A DNA stretch of 63,847 bases, counting the filler, from Choristocarpus tenellus KU-1152 (taxonomy: Eukaryota > Protista > Phaeophyceae), in NCBI GenBank assembly GCA_964200185.2. It is 11 parts of 11 records of this genome, joined end to end, with 100 filler letters (N's around TTAATTAATTAA, not from the genome) between each part and the next. Parts side by side here need not be neighbours in the genome. Positions count along the whole stretch, not along the records: positions 38,377 to 44,135 come from CAXNAD020009827.1; positions 44,236 to 47,289 come from CAXNAD020022652.1; positions 47,390 to 50,373 come from CAXNAD020023152.1; positions 50,474 to 55,512 come from CAXNAD020012084.1; 7 more parts are not named here. The stretch is one strand, 5' to 3'. Shown here piece by piece: positions 39,113 through 51,126 of this stretch. The position numbers and the translations under genes were made by a program. The stretch's first letter is position 1. Each line of letters begins with the position of its first letter. The notes beneath the pieces are model-generated. The model saw only the letters and a list, made by a program, of their open reading frames with translations. It was not told where the DNA came from and did not search any database.

Positions 39113-42100
39113 CTCATTGTTGGTCACATCTAAGAGGGACAGCAGTGACACTGGGTCATTTCCAGTAGATCCAAGCCACGAGGTGCACACCATGGCTAGA
39201 CAAGCCGCCTTGACCTCATCTGACCTGTCGGCAAACCCCTGTGATACCAGAGTGATTCTCTGCTCCAGTGATAGATACTCCACATTCACCTTACGTGGAT
39301 GTATTCCAGAGGTGGGGGAGGGGGGGGGGGGGGAGGGTATACAGATGCCAAATGTTACAGATGCTCTACTAAAAATGCTTGCACAGGAGAGGAGACCTGT
39401 TACTTGACCTCTTGCTCCCTCTTGAATCTGAGATTCAAATGGGAGGATGGGTAAGGCCAAGGGCAAGGGAAAGGGGATACTGAAAACATTACTAGCCATG
39501 GTATTCACCACACACCCACTACATGACATCCACATCATATATTCGTGAATGAGATGTAGAGGTTGCTTATCTTCTTTTTTTTCTGATTGGAGGAGTGATG
39601 AAAAGAGGGGTAAAAAGGGAGTGCAATTTGATTCAAAAGGAAATTGACTTCATATTTGTGTAGAAGGATAGAGCCATATATGGAACAATACACAGCATTG
39701 CGTCCCTTTTTTTGGGCCTACTTGACATGCATCCTCGGCATAGAACCCCTTCTATAACCTTCCAAAATTGCTTCAAAATAAAAGAAATCTCCTTTCATAC
39801 TCTCAGAACTCTCAGAATCGAATCTAAGAAAAGTCGTCAAAAATTTCACTTTTTTGAAAACACAAGAACCCATGGGAGAACAACAGGACCCAAGGGATCC
39901 AGTAATAGCCAGATCTCCATAGCAACATATGACAAGGCGGTATGGTATACATTATTCTTGCATGTTGCGTATATAACCCTAACCCTAACCCCATTCCAAA
40001 ACCCTGACAGCATACAAAACACACCATGCAGCAATAATAAATCATCGACTGCGTGTCCTACTATGTGGGTTTGATCATCACTACGAAAAATAAATAAATA
40101 AATAAATATATATATATATATTTATTTCCAACAAGTACATGGCAGAAGCATTTCTTTCCCACACGAGCACAATTACTCTTTATCACTTTATTATACCAGA
40201 AAATTACTGAGCTATCCATTTCAAACCCCTCCATCATCACTACTGTACAAAAGATCTCACCAAGGAAATTTCCCAAACAAAAATAAGATCTCCTCCTCTA
40301 TGAAGAGGCCTCATGAACGTTGCCGAAAATAGTTCATCTTATACACCTAGTTCTTACACCCCCTTAGGTCCAAATAGGGTTAGGGTTAGGGCGATACACC
40401 ATTTCAACCGCCACTCCTGTGATAAACTGTTTTTTTTTCTCTTTTTCAATATCGGACTGGATTAAGGGTTAGGGAATTGTGTTCGGACAATACAACGACC
40501 TGGACATATCGTAACAACCACTGTAGACAATCGTTTCAGTCAGATTCTTCCACGGGTTTGTAAATGTAGCTGGCGCATCTTTGACCCCCCAAACATGCAG
40601 TAATAATAGGCAATTTCAATTGAGGATCAGATAAGGCAGTCTCTGTCCCTCTTGAGGGCTTACGTTCACACATCAGAGAAATCTCACTCCACTTCTCTCC
40701 ACAGCACCAGCAGCAAACCAGAATCAAGTCGGATCCCATACCCCCCAACATCAGGTTGATGGCATTTACCTCACGCCAAGGACCAGAACCAGAGTCCATG
40801 TAGCGCCACTAGCCAACTGCCGGAAGGACAGTGACCATGCTACGTGGTGAGAAAAACATCACACCACAACAAAAAGAAGAGGGCAATGGCAGAACACAAC
40901 TCAAACATTTTACCCCCCCCTGCTGAAAACATTGCCTCACCTTTCTGAGCTTTTCAAATGCAGCCCTGCGAACGCCTTCCTTCACATCCCTCACTCGGCG
41001 CACCACCTACAAAAATACACGCATGACCGCTTCATGTGTCGGAGATACGGGTAGAGTCCAGCACAACAACAGCACAGTGCTTTCGCAGAAACTGGACAAG
41101 GCATGTCGACTTCATGTATTCACATCTCTTCAAACCTCACAGGAAAGTCTCTGTGAAAGAGACTTGATGCTGTCTGAGGGAGAGCAGTGGCAATGTACCC
41201 TAACCCTAACCCTAAGAGGTACAAACGACCAGAGGGCTCTAATCTTTGAGACGACAGCGGCGGATATCGACTATGGAAGGTCAGAGTGCGGTTTCATGAA
41301 GGACAGTGAGGTTAGTATTTGAGGGGATCTACTTCAAGGGACGTTCTATTGGGGGACAGCACGATATACGATGGGGTGAGTATGCCCGAACATGTGGTGA
41401 TCACACTCATGACATGCGCTCATACCTTCCAAAACAGCGCGGCAATTCACTCACAGAATGCTTCACCGTACATCGAGGCTCATGGGTAATCAAAGCTGTT
41501 CAAACTGTTTAAACTGTTCAAACTATTCAAACTGTTTAAACGGTCGACTCCAACAAACAGACAAGCCTTCCCTCGAGTGCCCAGCGCGGGGCAAAGAATT
41601 GGGCACAGACACGTAACTAACGAAAACCAAAAGCAGTGTTGTTTTACATAAAAATGGAGCTTTTCAGCAGGCGGTTCAAGCCACTTAAGAGCACAACACC
41701 TTCCACTCCCATGCCACCTTCTCTCCACCCCCCTTGCACAATGCCCCAGTCAATCCAAGCTCAGCATGACTCACCTGTGGTAGGGTTCTGTTCTGGTTCA
41801 CCTCAATCGACTCAAGTACAGCCTTCCTGACGTCTGGACTGCTGTCACTCTGTAGGGCACGCACCAAATCCTCTACCACTGCCTCCTGACTCTGTAGGAA
41901 CTCCAGCACCTTCACTGCCTGGACCCGTACTACAGGGATCTGACTTCCCCACAAAAATCAGAATAACAGGACCATGAAAGAATCGTTGAGCCACAGCAAG
42001 ATTATTGGAGGGGTAGAAGTAGACTCTATGGCTTCAGGTTTGGTAAAGACGATGACTATGGATACTGTTACACCTACAGACCCCCCCCAGAAGCTCAGAA

Positions 42101-43891
42101 CCTATCAGGTTTTACCAAAGGTTGCTGTGACACGTGTGCAACAAAGGGAACCATGCCAATATTGAGGGTGCACAGGAGCAACATTAAAGGCCGAACGAGT
42201 TCCTCGTAAGGGAAGAATTGCTGCTCTTCCTCCATATCGCTATCGCTCCACAGGATCTACTATCGTTGCCGTTGTCACCATTCCCCCAACCCTGCTAATG
42301 GGTTGCCATCCACTGCCATTCAAGTCCTCGTGAACTGACCTTGTCCCTCAATCGGGGAAGGATCCTCTTTGTCATCTCGTCAAGAAGAGGCTCGGGTGCA
42401 TTCATCAACCCTGTAAGGATTTGCCCCACCAACTGACATGACCGAAACCGCACAGCCTTATCTGCAGCAGAAGTTTTCTGAAGCAGGAATCTAACAACCA
42501 AAAAAGGCACCTCTGCGGCAGATACACCCCAACCACATAGTCAGGGTTGTGGTTGGGTTTGGGGGGGAGAGGGAAACAGAGGAGAGTGGAGAATGCACGT
42601 ACATTGTGTGACACTACAAGATGAGGAGGTTCCTGTTGGTATAAAAAAAAGATTATGAGCCACATTTAAAAACAGCTCTATTGAATTGATAAGGACAAAA
42701 TACATCCAATAAGAGTGCCAGATTGCACAACTCCCCCTCAAGCACAAAACCGCTATGATAATGGGTTCAGATTTAAAACACCTTATATCCAACCCTCCAT
42801 CACTATCCCGATTCCACCGTGCAAAGAATAGGTACCCCCCATATATTTGCAAATTCGAAGGTAAGTTGTAGACCAAGGTTCACGTTTTCAATTGCTTCAC
42901 GGAAATCTCACCATCCCTCTCTTCCCGTGTAAACTGGTTGTCAGTCCTCATGCCAACCTTTACTGTGAGGGACACAAACTGGACGAGTCTCTCCACTGCT
43001 GGCTCGCGCTTGAAGACCACGAGAAGTTGGCTCAAGCAAGCGAAAAATTCGTCTCGGGATGACTGAGGGTGTTGTTCATAGACAGAACACGAAACAAACA
43101 TGCACGGCAAGAAGGGCGCACACTAAACAAAAAGTAGAAAGGCGTAGGTAGAGCTTGGAGAATCGATTGGTAAAGAACACTGAGGAGACGACCCTTCGAC
43201 AATTCTTTGATAATTAGGCGCATTAGTTCCATGAACCTGCATTGATTTATTTGCCCATATGAATGAGAAGAGGAAGGACTTCCAGGTTTGAGAACTACTC
43301 TCGAACGAAGTATGAGCTGAAGGTGTTTGTTAGTGCAAGATAACCGACTACGACAGACCGTAGAGTAAGGTGCTGACACATCACTAAGTCTACCACAAAC
43401 TGTTGGATACTCTCAACTCCTTCCGTAACGTCGATCATCCTTTCTGTAGGCAAGTCGTCACTCACCGGTTGCTTCATCATTAGGCGGTGGAGCGCTATGC
43501 AGCAGCGCTGATGACACTGGGCTGTTCTCTGCGCTTCGGTGAAGAGCTTACGCACCGCCTGTGGAAGTTGTTGTGAGTCGAGGGATAATCAACCAGTTGC
43601 CTTTCAAAGGATAAATTTGTTAGTATGTATGCTTTTGAGGACGTCACCTTGACTAATCAATATAGACAAATATGGGTCCAAACTACTGTGCATAGCTTGC
43701 CAATACGTTTAACTGAGCAGTAAATCATAGCTTCCTCAATATCAATGCACCCGTTTAATCTCTCGACTTGAAGGTCATCTACTCACCTGCGCCTCGGGTG
43801 CGAGAGGAGAGGAGGACGAAATACTTGGGGATACATAACCCCTTTCAGTGCGGACAAAATTCTCTGACTTTGTGCGCTTGGACGACACCAT
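39113..43891 (-). CDS. NCAPG: Condensin complex subunit 3 (CAP-G/Ycg1), N-terminal HEAT-repeat region, 5' part only (gene runs off the contig)
   Basis: Exons 43891-43787, 43558-43466, 43062-42912, 42512-42340, 41939-41775, 41006-40941, 39289-39113; all GT-AG and in phase, ~310 aa. Peptides typical of CAP-G N-termini: LFTEAQRTAQCH, LVVFKREPAVERLVQFV, AADKAVRFRSCQLV, RLRDKIPVVRVQAV, DSSPDVRKAVL, RVRDVKEGVRRAAF, LSLEQRITLVSQGFADRSDEVKAAC. Confidence 0.92.
41493..41541 (+). repeat. 9-bp tandem repeat (AAACTGTTY)5 in an NCAPG intron
   Basis: Read directly from the sequence. Confidence 0.85.
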
Positions 43892-46800
43892 CTCTTAATC
43901 CTACGCCTTTTATATGTTTTCTAGGTTTCCTCGAGCACCTAAAGTAGATCTGTGATTCTACTACACGACGCCAAGTAACACCAAGTTTCCTCTCTCCTCT
44001 CAACAACTGGAGTATCAATATTTTGAAGATCACAACACAAATTCATTAACGGGCAGTAGTCCACAAGGTCGAAAAAAAAAGTATTGTCAGGTTCCTTTTT
44101 GGGATCTCCGACACACACTGTATGTATAAGACGCGNNNNNNNNNNNNNNNNNNNNNNNNNNNNNNNNNNNNNNNNNNNNTTAATTAATTAANNNNNNNNN
44201 NNNNNNNNNNNNNNNNNNNNNNNNNNNNNNNNNNNCGTTGGATGGATAATGTAAGTGCGTTTTTCTTGGTTTTCGCCCAAATGAACACCCGGGTTTTGCC
44301 CCCCCCCCCCCCCCCCAGATACTTAGGGTCATTTCCTGATAGAGATGACTCTGGAAAGTCTTGTCTCTCATGGTACGGTTTCAAGGCAATCATCTGGCCA
44401 CAACCCACTCTGATAGTGGTAGCCAATCTTCCCATCCCACCAAGTTTCATCTTCCAAAATATGACAGCGTGCTTTCATGATCAAAAACATATCTTTTGGT
44501 ACGCTTAACTTGGTTGTGACGTGAGGAGACAGCAGTGGTGCCTCCCCAGGAATAAGGCCGACCAAATTTCTTTTGGATGGACCCAGTTCAAAATAGGCTG
44601 AAGACATACCGTGTGCCCTTTTTTAGGATGCTGCTTATGATAAAGGCCACCCTATTGAAATTCTGTTGGTCAGAGAGAGAGCGTTTGGGGACTCATTGGT
44701 ATGTTTTGACCCCCGTCTCTGCAACATGCATCGTAGTCTTCCATTTGGTGATTTTGACCTCCCTGACCCATCTCCTCTCACTGGTCTTTTCAATAAATAT
44801 TTTCCTCGCCCCTTTTTAGTAGAGGTTTCACCCATGTTTAGTCCATTGAGGTGCTATAACGCCACCACACCAACCGATTCAATGTGATTGGGACCAATCC
44901 GTACTTGGATGCAATCTGTGTCCGCCTGCCTCATTGGACCTTGCCAAGGTCCTTGTGCAGCTCAAATTTGTTCAAAATTGCCGCTACCTGTTTGTCATCG
45001 GGGATGCCTTACTCACATTCACTTGATCGCCTATGTCACTCGTTTTTATCACTAGAAAACTCACTGTCCATTACTTCTCCCATCCTAATTTGGTCAAATT
45101 TCGGACAAGGTTAGGGGCAACCATCCCCCTCATATTCAAGGCAAAGGTAAGGTATGACCCAAATAACTCTAATCCTATACAACCCAATACACACCATCCC
45201 TCCATCCCCATACAGTAATCGGTGGCCGTTGCAATGATATCTTGTCGACGTATGTGATTGAATTACAAGAATATCACCTACAATATCAACCAAATACACA
45301 AAAAGGTCAGATGCGTCCAGAATAGTGATAGGCGAGACAGAATACATAATTATTATTGCTTCCCTTGGGGGCAGCACTTCTTGCCCATGAATGGTCCTCA
45401 ATAATTGCAATGTTCATAATACAAGACAATCTCACCACCCTACAACCCATTCCCACACTTTAAAACAAATTATTCCTGTAGAATATATGGCATGTCAACC
45501 CGGCACTTTCTCCTGTGTCCTGCACCACCCTCCAATGCTCCAATGTAAGACCCTAGCCACGCAGATAGGAACCATCATCTTCCATCGGCAAAGCAAGAGA
45601 GTAACATCTGCTCCACTCTCATTGTCCTATGTGAGGGGGATAGACTGGTGACTGCATTTTCATGTTCTAGAATAAGTCAAGATTGCCTTCTACAGAATTA
45701 TGGAGGTATTATAGGTGTACTTCACCTGAGTACTACATGCAGACATTATTTTCCCTCAATCAAGTCTACTACTATAGCTCACTTCTACTGGAACATACAA
45801 TATTACCGTTGCGCAACACCAACATTAGCATTCTGCAGGTTGTTCGTCAAGTATATGAGGAATATATCGTTTGCATTTCCAGATATTGTGTGATAAAGAA
45901 AAAATACATTAACAATGCCCAACACTCATTTCGCCTTTCCCATCGTGTCAAGTCCAGTGTCAGTTCGTGCAGCCAATCAAGTGGATTTTTGCCATCATCC
46001 TCCTCGGTGGCAAGGCAATCATATGCAATTGTACCATGTGAACATTTCAGGACTGATTTTACACCCTGTGACAAGATACTCTGCCTTCACTGACACTGCC
46101 CTTGAGAATATCAAACACTCAGACTTTGCTTAGGGGTTTGTTTGAAAAGCTGAGCATCAAACTTTAACATGTGCATCACCAAGAGAACATTATGCAGCCC
46201 AACAAGCCCACTGCACACACACAAGAATATGGGTGTTTTCCTTACAGAAGCAAAGGGAGTACGACGTTGTGCCCACATTCCTCTCGTACTGGAGAATGTA
46301 AGTTTCCTCTGGGTGGGCTGTGGGATCTTTCCACTCCTTAGGATACATGGGCCAACATACGCAAAGGTTTATGTACTATGGGGGGACTTTGGGTCCATTA
46401 TATTATTCTTGTCCTAGGTGTTTTTTGGACCTTCCAAGTTGTAAAGCAATGAAATATGGAAGAGACGCCACAAAATTCCCAAATATGGTCCGCATTGTAA
46501 GCAGAGTACGGAGTATTAGCAGTATACTGATAATGTAGAGAACTTTGGTTGTTGAAAGGTATTCAAAGTTCAAAAATAAAACCTCCTTTTCATTTTCGAA
46601 GGACTCTACTAGTGCCTTCATGAAACCATCAACCATATACAGAATGCTCCACTCTTCCAACTACATCCGTGTTCATTCCCTGACACACCAACCCCCAAAA
46701 TCAAAGTACTCATAATGATCTGGTAGTAGTATATGTACAATTATGGGACACAATGCACACACCACATACAAAAGATTATGCATTGCAGACCTCCTGAAAA

Positions 46801-47217
46801 AGATAAAACATGAAAGAACAATACATTCTACACAGAAAAGCAGTGGTAGCTCTACATTCTACCCCCCGACATCCATGCTTACATATATTGTAGTGAAGAC
46901 TATTTTGAGAGGCAGAAAACAAGGCAGTAGCCCAACCAAGACACTCTTCACCAACTACACCTGCTGCTACTGGGCAAGGTGGCAACATTCCACCCAAATG
47001 CTGGGCAGGGTAGAACAAGTATTGGTGAGACAGACCGAAAATGTTGCAATTCAAACTGGTTCAACAAGCTTGTCGATCCTAACGATATGTCTGGTGCTAG
47101 ACTTTGGTAGAATCAGGATAGATTCTGGTCACCACCTGGTCCAAAGGATAGGAAACAATTTGTCTTGGGCAGAGTTCCTGGGGGACAGCCTCCCAATGCT
47201 AGTGATTCCAGAGGCAT

Positions 47218-47289
47218 GAGCCAAAGTATCTTAGAGGGTAGAGCCGCGTCCATTTGGGGGGCCAAAAGCCAATGTTGCAATTTTGATGT
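47218..47289 (-). mobile_element. MITE family A terminus, truncated by contig end
   Basis: GAGCCAAAGTATCTTAGAGGGTAGAGCCGCGTCCATTTGGGGG...CCAATGTTGCAATTTTGATGT is nearly identical to 26580 onward. Confidence 0.8.
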
Positions 47290-47409
47290 NNNNNNNNNNN
47301 NNNNNNNNNNNNNNNNNNNNNNNNNNNNNNNNNTTAATTAATTAANNNNNNNNNNNNNNNNNNNNNNNNNNNNNNNNNNNNNNNNNNNNGGAGTGATAAC
47401 TTGTGTGGG

Positions 47410-47585
47410 GTTGAAAGGTGGGGGGGGTGACTGGAAATCAGGGGCGAAAAGGGTTCGCACTGGTTGGTCATCAAATGTGGGGGATGGCTGGAAATCATTG
47501 ACAAAGGGCATTCGCACTGGTTGGTCATCAGAGATGGGGGGTGATTGGAAATCAGGGGCGAATGGGTCGCGCTGGTTGGTCACCT
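47410..47585 (+). repeat. ~57-bp tandem repeat, 3 copies
   Basis: GGGGG.TG.CTGGAAATCA....C.AA.GG..TTCGCACTGGTTGGTCA repeated three times at the contig start. Confidence 0.85.
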
Positions 47586-49088
47586 CATGGGGGAATAAAT
47601 AGGAAACCAGCGGCGAAGGGGTCGCAATGGGCTATTCAGAAGAAGGAATACATGGGAAAGGACAGGAATGGAGAATAGGGGAATGGCAAACAAGGAATAA
47701 GCTAATAATAATAATCCAGAATTCGTGAGCAAAACAAAGCAAGACATGGATGAGTAATAATAGTCAATCTCAAATACTCCAGGAGAACACGCCTCTGGAG
47801 ATGAGAAAGGCTGCGGGAAAGAGTGACAAAATTTCACACATCTTGGGGAACTTAATTCAAACCAGGGAGTGGTTTGCCTTGTGCACCAACAGTTCAATTG
47901 GATTGAAAAATTTTAATCTAGCCAATATACATGTAATGAAAAACTCTTTCGGTTCACAACTCTAGTACAATTCTTTGAAGTACTTCAGTGTACTGCTACT
48001 GTGCATGGTAATCAAATGTGTCCATTCGAAATTTCTTTAGATCTGATCGATACCAAGGTCTGTACTACCAAAGAAGGACAATAATATTGACAGGGTGGAG
48101 GGAACTGTTGCAGGGGAAACCAACGCACATCCTACTGAGCCATCCTATGTTAGAGGTTGGTCTACCATTTAGGTCCTTCCTAGGACACCTGAAAAAGGAA
48201 AGACTGCCGCATACTGTTGTATCCGTGCGGCTTTGATGTTGATTGTGCACGCCTTTGGGGTTCAGATGGTCCCACAGACTCTCTGTCAAATACAGTACCA
48301 TTCAATGGTGTGCCCTTTACTATTCCCGATGTTCTCAAACCTATGAAAAGCCTACCTGTGCCTGGACTTGAAGCACTGGAGGTGCCTTTGACTTCAACCT
48401 CCAGCCTCCCATCTGAATCTCGGCACTGGCAAAGTAACTGTTCTGCCCACAGACGTCACATGATGACACGGTGGGTAGTCTGGCATCATGTACACCATAA
48501 AAACCTCAATTTGGACATTTTGACTCAAAGTGTCTCATCCCCTGCCAATTTTCTTTTTACACATTCTTCCTCCATTTTGCTCGTCTGTTAGCTCGACTTT
48601 ACACTCGGCTTCCTTTGCCTTTATTCTATCCTCCAGTCAGTCTTTCTCTTCGTCACACTCTGGATGTGAGAGAGCATACACAGCAGATGGGTTATAAAGA
48701 CCTGCAGACCCAGAGCCTCCAAAGCCTTTAGGTAGGCAGATCCATAGCCCATCATGGAAATATGTGGCCGGACCTTGGGGATATTTGTAACTATCATCAC
48801 ACCCCCGCTCTTTCCCTTGTACCTGAAGCGCTACCTTTTTGCCAAACATTATTGAGGGGATGGTTGACCCAGAACATGCTTGGTGGGTGCAGGTTATCCA
48901 GACACCAAATTCTTTCTCCCTGCGTTATTGGTCATGGAGGCCATCATCATCCCTCACTAGGTGAGTCAGTCAGATCGGTATGTAACCGTACACCTCCTCT
49001 TTCCCCCTAGCATAATCCCCTCTTGATACCCACACACGACATTGTGCCATGCAATACGTGCCCCACCTTGGTAATGGAAGGTCGGATA

Positions 49089-49151
49089 TAACCCTAACCC
49101 TAACCCTAACCCTAACCCTAACCCTAACCCTAACCCTAACCCTAACCCTAA
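49089..49151 (+). repeat. Interstitial telomeric array (TAACCC)10
   Basis: Ten perfect units in mid-contig with unique sequence on both sides. It is the longest of many shorter tracts in the window. Confidence 0.95.
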
Positions 49152-50170
49152 GCAGCCCATTGTGGTTGTCGCAAGTGAGACACAAGAGTACTCAATGGGA
49201 TTATCGCTTGGCAGGAATTGTCGCAATGTGTTTGTCTGGATGCGTGGAAAATTCTGTAGAAGGGTGGAATGCTGTAGACAAAGTGTAAAGAGATTTCGAT
49301 ACAAGGTGCAAGGACCATTCATACATTAAGGTTGTACCAAGAGTCACCCAGGAGTATAAGAGCATCTTCTCCACATCATTGCACAGATATGAACGTAGCA
49401 ACGTAAACAGGCCACCACAGATCACTCTCCCACCTCGATCCTTTTTTGGTTGCGTTGATAAGTGTGTGGATTCTGCAGGTTCCATCACCGAAGTTTATAT
49501 CAAGTTGGACGGTCCGATGAAGGGAAGCCCTTATTCCTCACCTGCCCTTGTGGACCTTGCTGACACCCTCGCGTTACCAATTTCAAGTGGCAGTAAGTAG
49601 GTTGCAAAAGAAGCTCTTGTCAGGACAATTGCCTACAAATTCCACTCCCTCACGCCTCGAGAGGGACCCCATCACACAGGGAACAGTGAATGTGAGCAGA
49701 GGGACAAACAGGTCCACATTGGTAATGAACACTATTCGCAAAAAAAGGGTATTGAGTGCAAACCAAGTCGAATAACCCCAGGAAATACTTTTGCTCAGAG
49801 CGAAACACAAGGAAATTTATGCATCCTTACAAATTGTTATTAAGGCCATTACTTATGCGGGAGGAATCTTGTTCAAAACAGCATTTCAATCTTAACTTTA
49901 GGAAGAAAATCGATCGCACCAAAAAATGGGTGATAGTCTAATTTGGTCCCTTATATTGCCCATTTTTGTTTTGGTCCACTTTCTTCCGAAAAATAAGATT
50001 GAAAAGGAAATTACCCCGAGATCGTTCTGGCGTAGGAGATGGTCTAAGCCAAACAAATCGTGCACCTCGCTATCGTGTGATCTACCTATTTAGGGTGCGA
50101 CAACAAGATGGATAACGTAGAGCATAATAAGATAAATATAGATAATCTGATATCGGCACTGGAATATCAA

Positions 50171-50252
50171 GATCGTGTGCCCGAGCGGTCTAAGGGGTGG
50201 CGTTCAGGTCGTCATGTATTCGTACTCGTGGGTTCGAACCCCACCGCGATCA
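50171..50252 (+). tRNA. tRNA-Leu (anticodon CAG)
   Basis: Cloverleaf: acceptor stem GATCGTG/CGCGATC plus discriminator A; D arm CCCGAGCGGTCTAAGGGG; anticodon stem TGGCG/CGTCA with loop TT-CAG-GT; long variable arm GTATTCGTAC (type II); T arm GTGGG-TTCGAAC-CCCAC. A downstream T-run (TTTCTTTTTT) fits a Pol III terminator. Confidence 0.95.
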
Positions 50253-50850
50253 AATTTCTTTTTTATCCACGAGACCACGTACCCAATATGTGATGGGTAA
50301 TCAGGCTTCTAACAGCCGATTTCAAAAATTGAGGATGGAGCTTTTCATTGAGGATGGGCTTGACCCAAAATTGNNNNNNNNNNNNNNNNNNNNNNNNNNN
50401 NNNNNNNNNNNNNNNNNTTAATTAATTAANNNNNNNNNNNNNNNNNNNNNNNNNNNNNNNNNNNNNNNNNNNNTTTGACCGAAACGGACGCCCCCTCACA
50501 ACACCCCCCCCCAGATACTTTGAGCCTATACTGCCTGTCATCTTCTACATAATCACCAAACCCTTGTCCTCATCACCTGCAGAGACATGAAGCTCCCCAT
50601 TGCCTTCCCTACCCCATTCCCTAGAAGGACTGCCCTGCCCCATGGCACAACACTGCCACCAGGAACGATCTATGACCTCTTCTACCAGTCATACTCACAT
50701 GTTCAACTGCCGTCAGCGATATCAGCGTGGCATTCATTCTTGGCCAACATCACCACAACCTCTTAAGACTCGTTGGCACTTTGCAACGCAATATCAGGTA
50801 CACCATCGTACGAAACCAGAACAAACTCAAATAAGAGAAGCCGAGGTTAA

Positions 50851-51126
50851 GAGTAAACGTATCTTATTAAGAGAGGGTACGAGTGTTTCCCTGTTTGTCC
50901 ATTTGGGGTATACCCTTTCTTTTGGCTTCCCGCGGGTTTCTAATGACGTTTTACCTCATCCAAAAAATGTTTAGGGTTAGGGTAAAATGTATACGTCATG
51001 AAAAGGTGTGTGCAGAACAAGGGTATTGACATCTCCCAACAAACACGATAGCCAAAATTACAGTAAAGTCAAAACATTGGATTTTGGCCCCCAAACGGAC
51101 AAGGCTCTACCCTCTAAGATTGACTC
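50851..51126 (+). mobile_element. MITE family A, full copy 3 (~276 bp)
   Basis: GAGTAAACGTATCTT...GAGGGTACGAG...CCCTGTTTGTCCATTTGGGG at the left end and GGCTCTACCCTCTAAGAT-TGACTC at the right end. Flanked by TAA on both sides. Confidence 0.8.

Noticed and set aside
49089-49151. True chromosome end
   Set aside because: Only 10 units, with non-telomeric sequence on both sides within one contig.
48966-49322. ORFs with GLGLGL / RVRVRV / LTLTLT runs
   Set aside because: These are translations of (TTAGGG)n tracts, not real proteins.
49201-49488. LSTAFHPSTE resembling the Ty3/Gypsy integrase STAFHPQTDG motif
   Set aside because: No GQ.ER continuation, no upstream D..D context and no LTRs. Likely coincidence.
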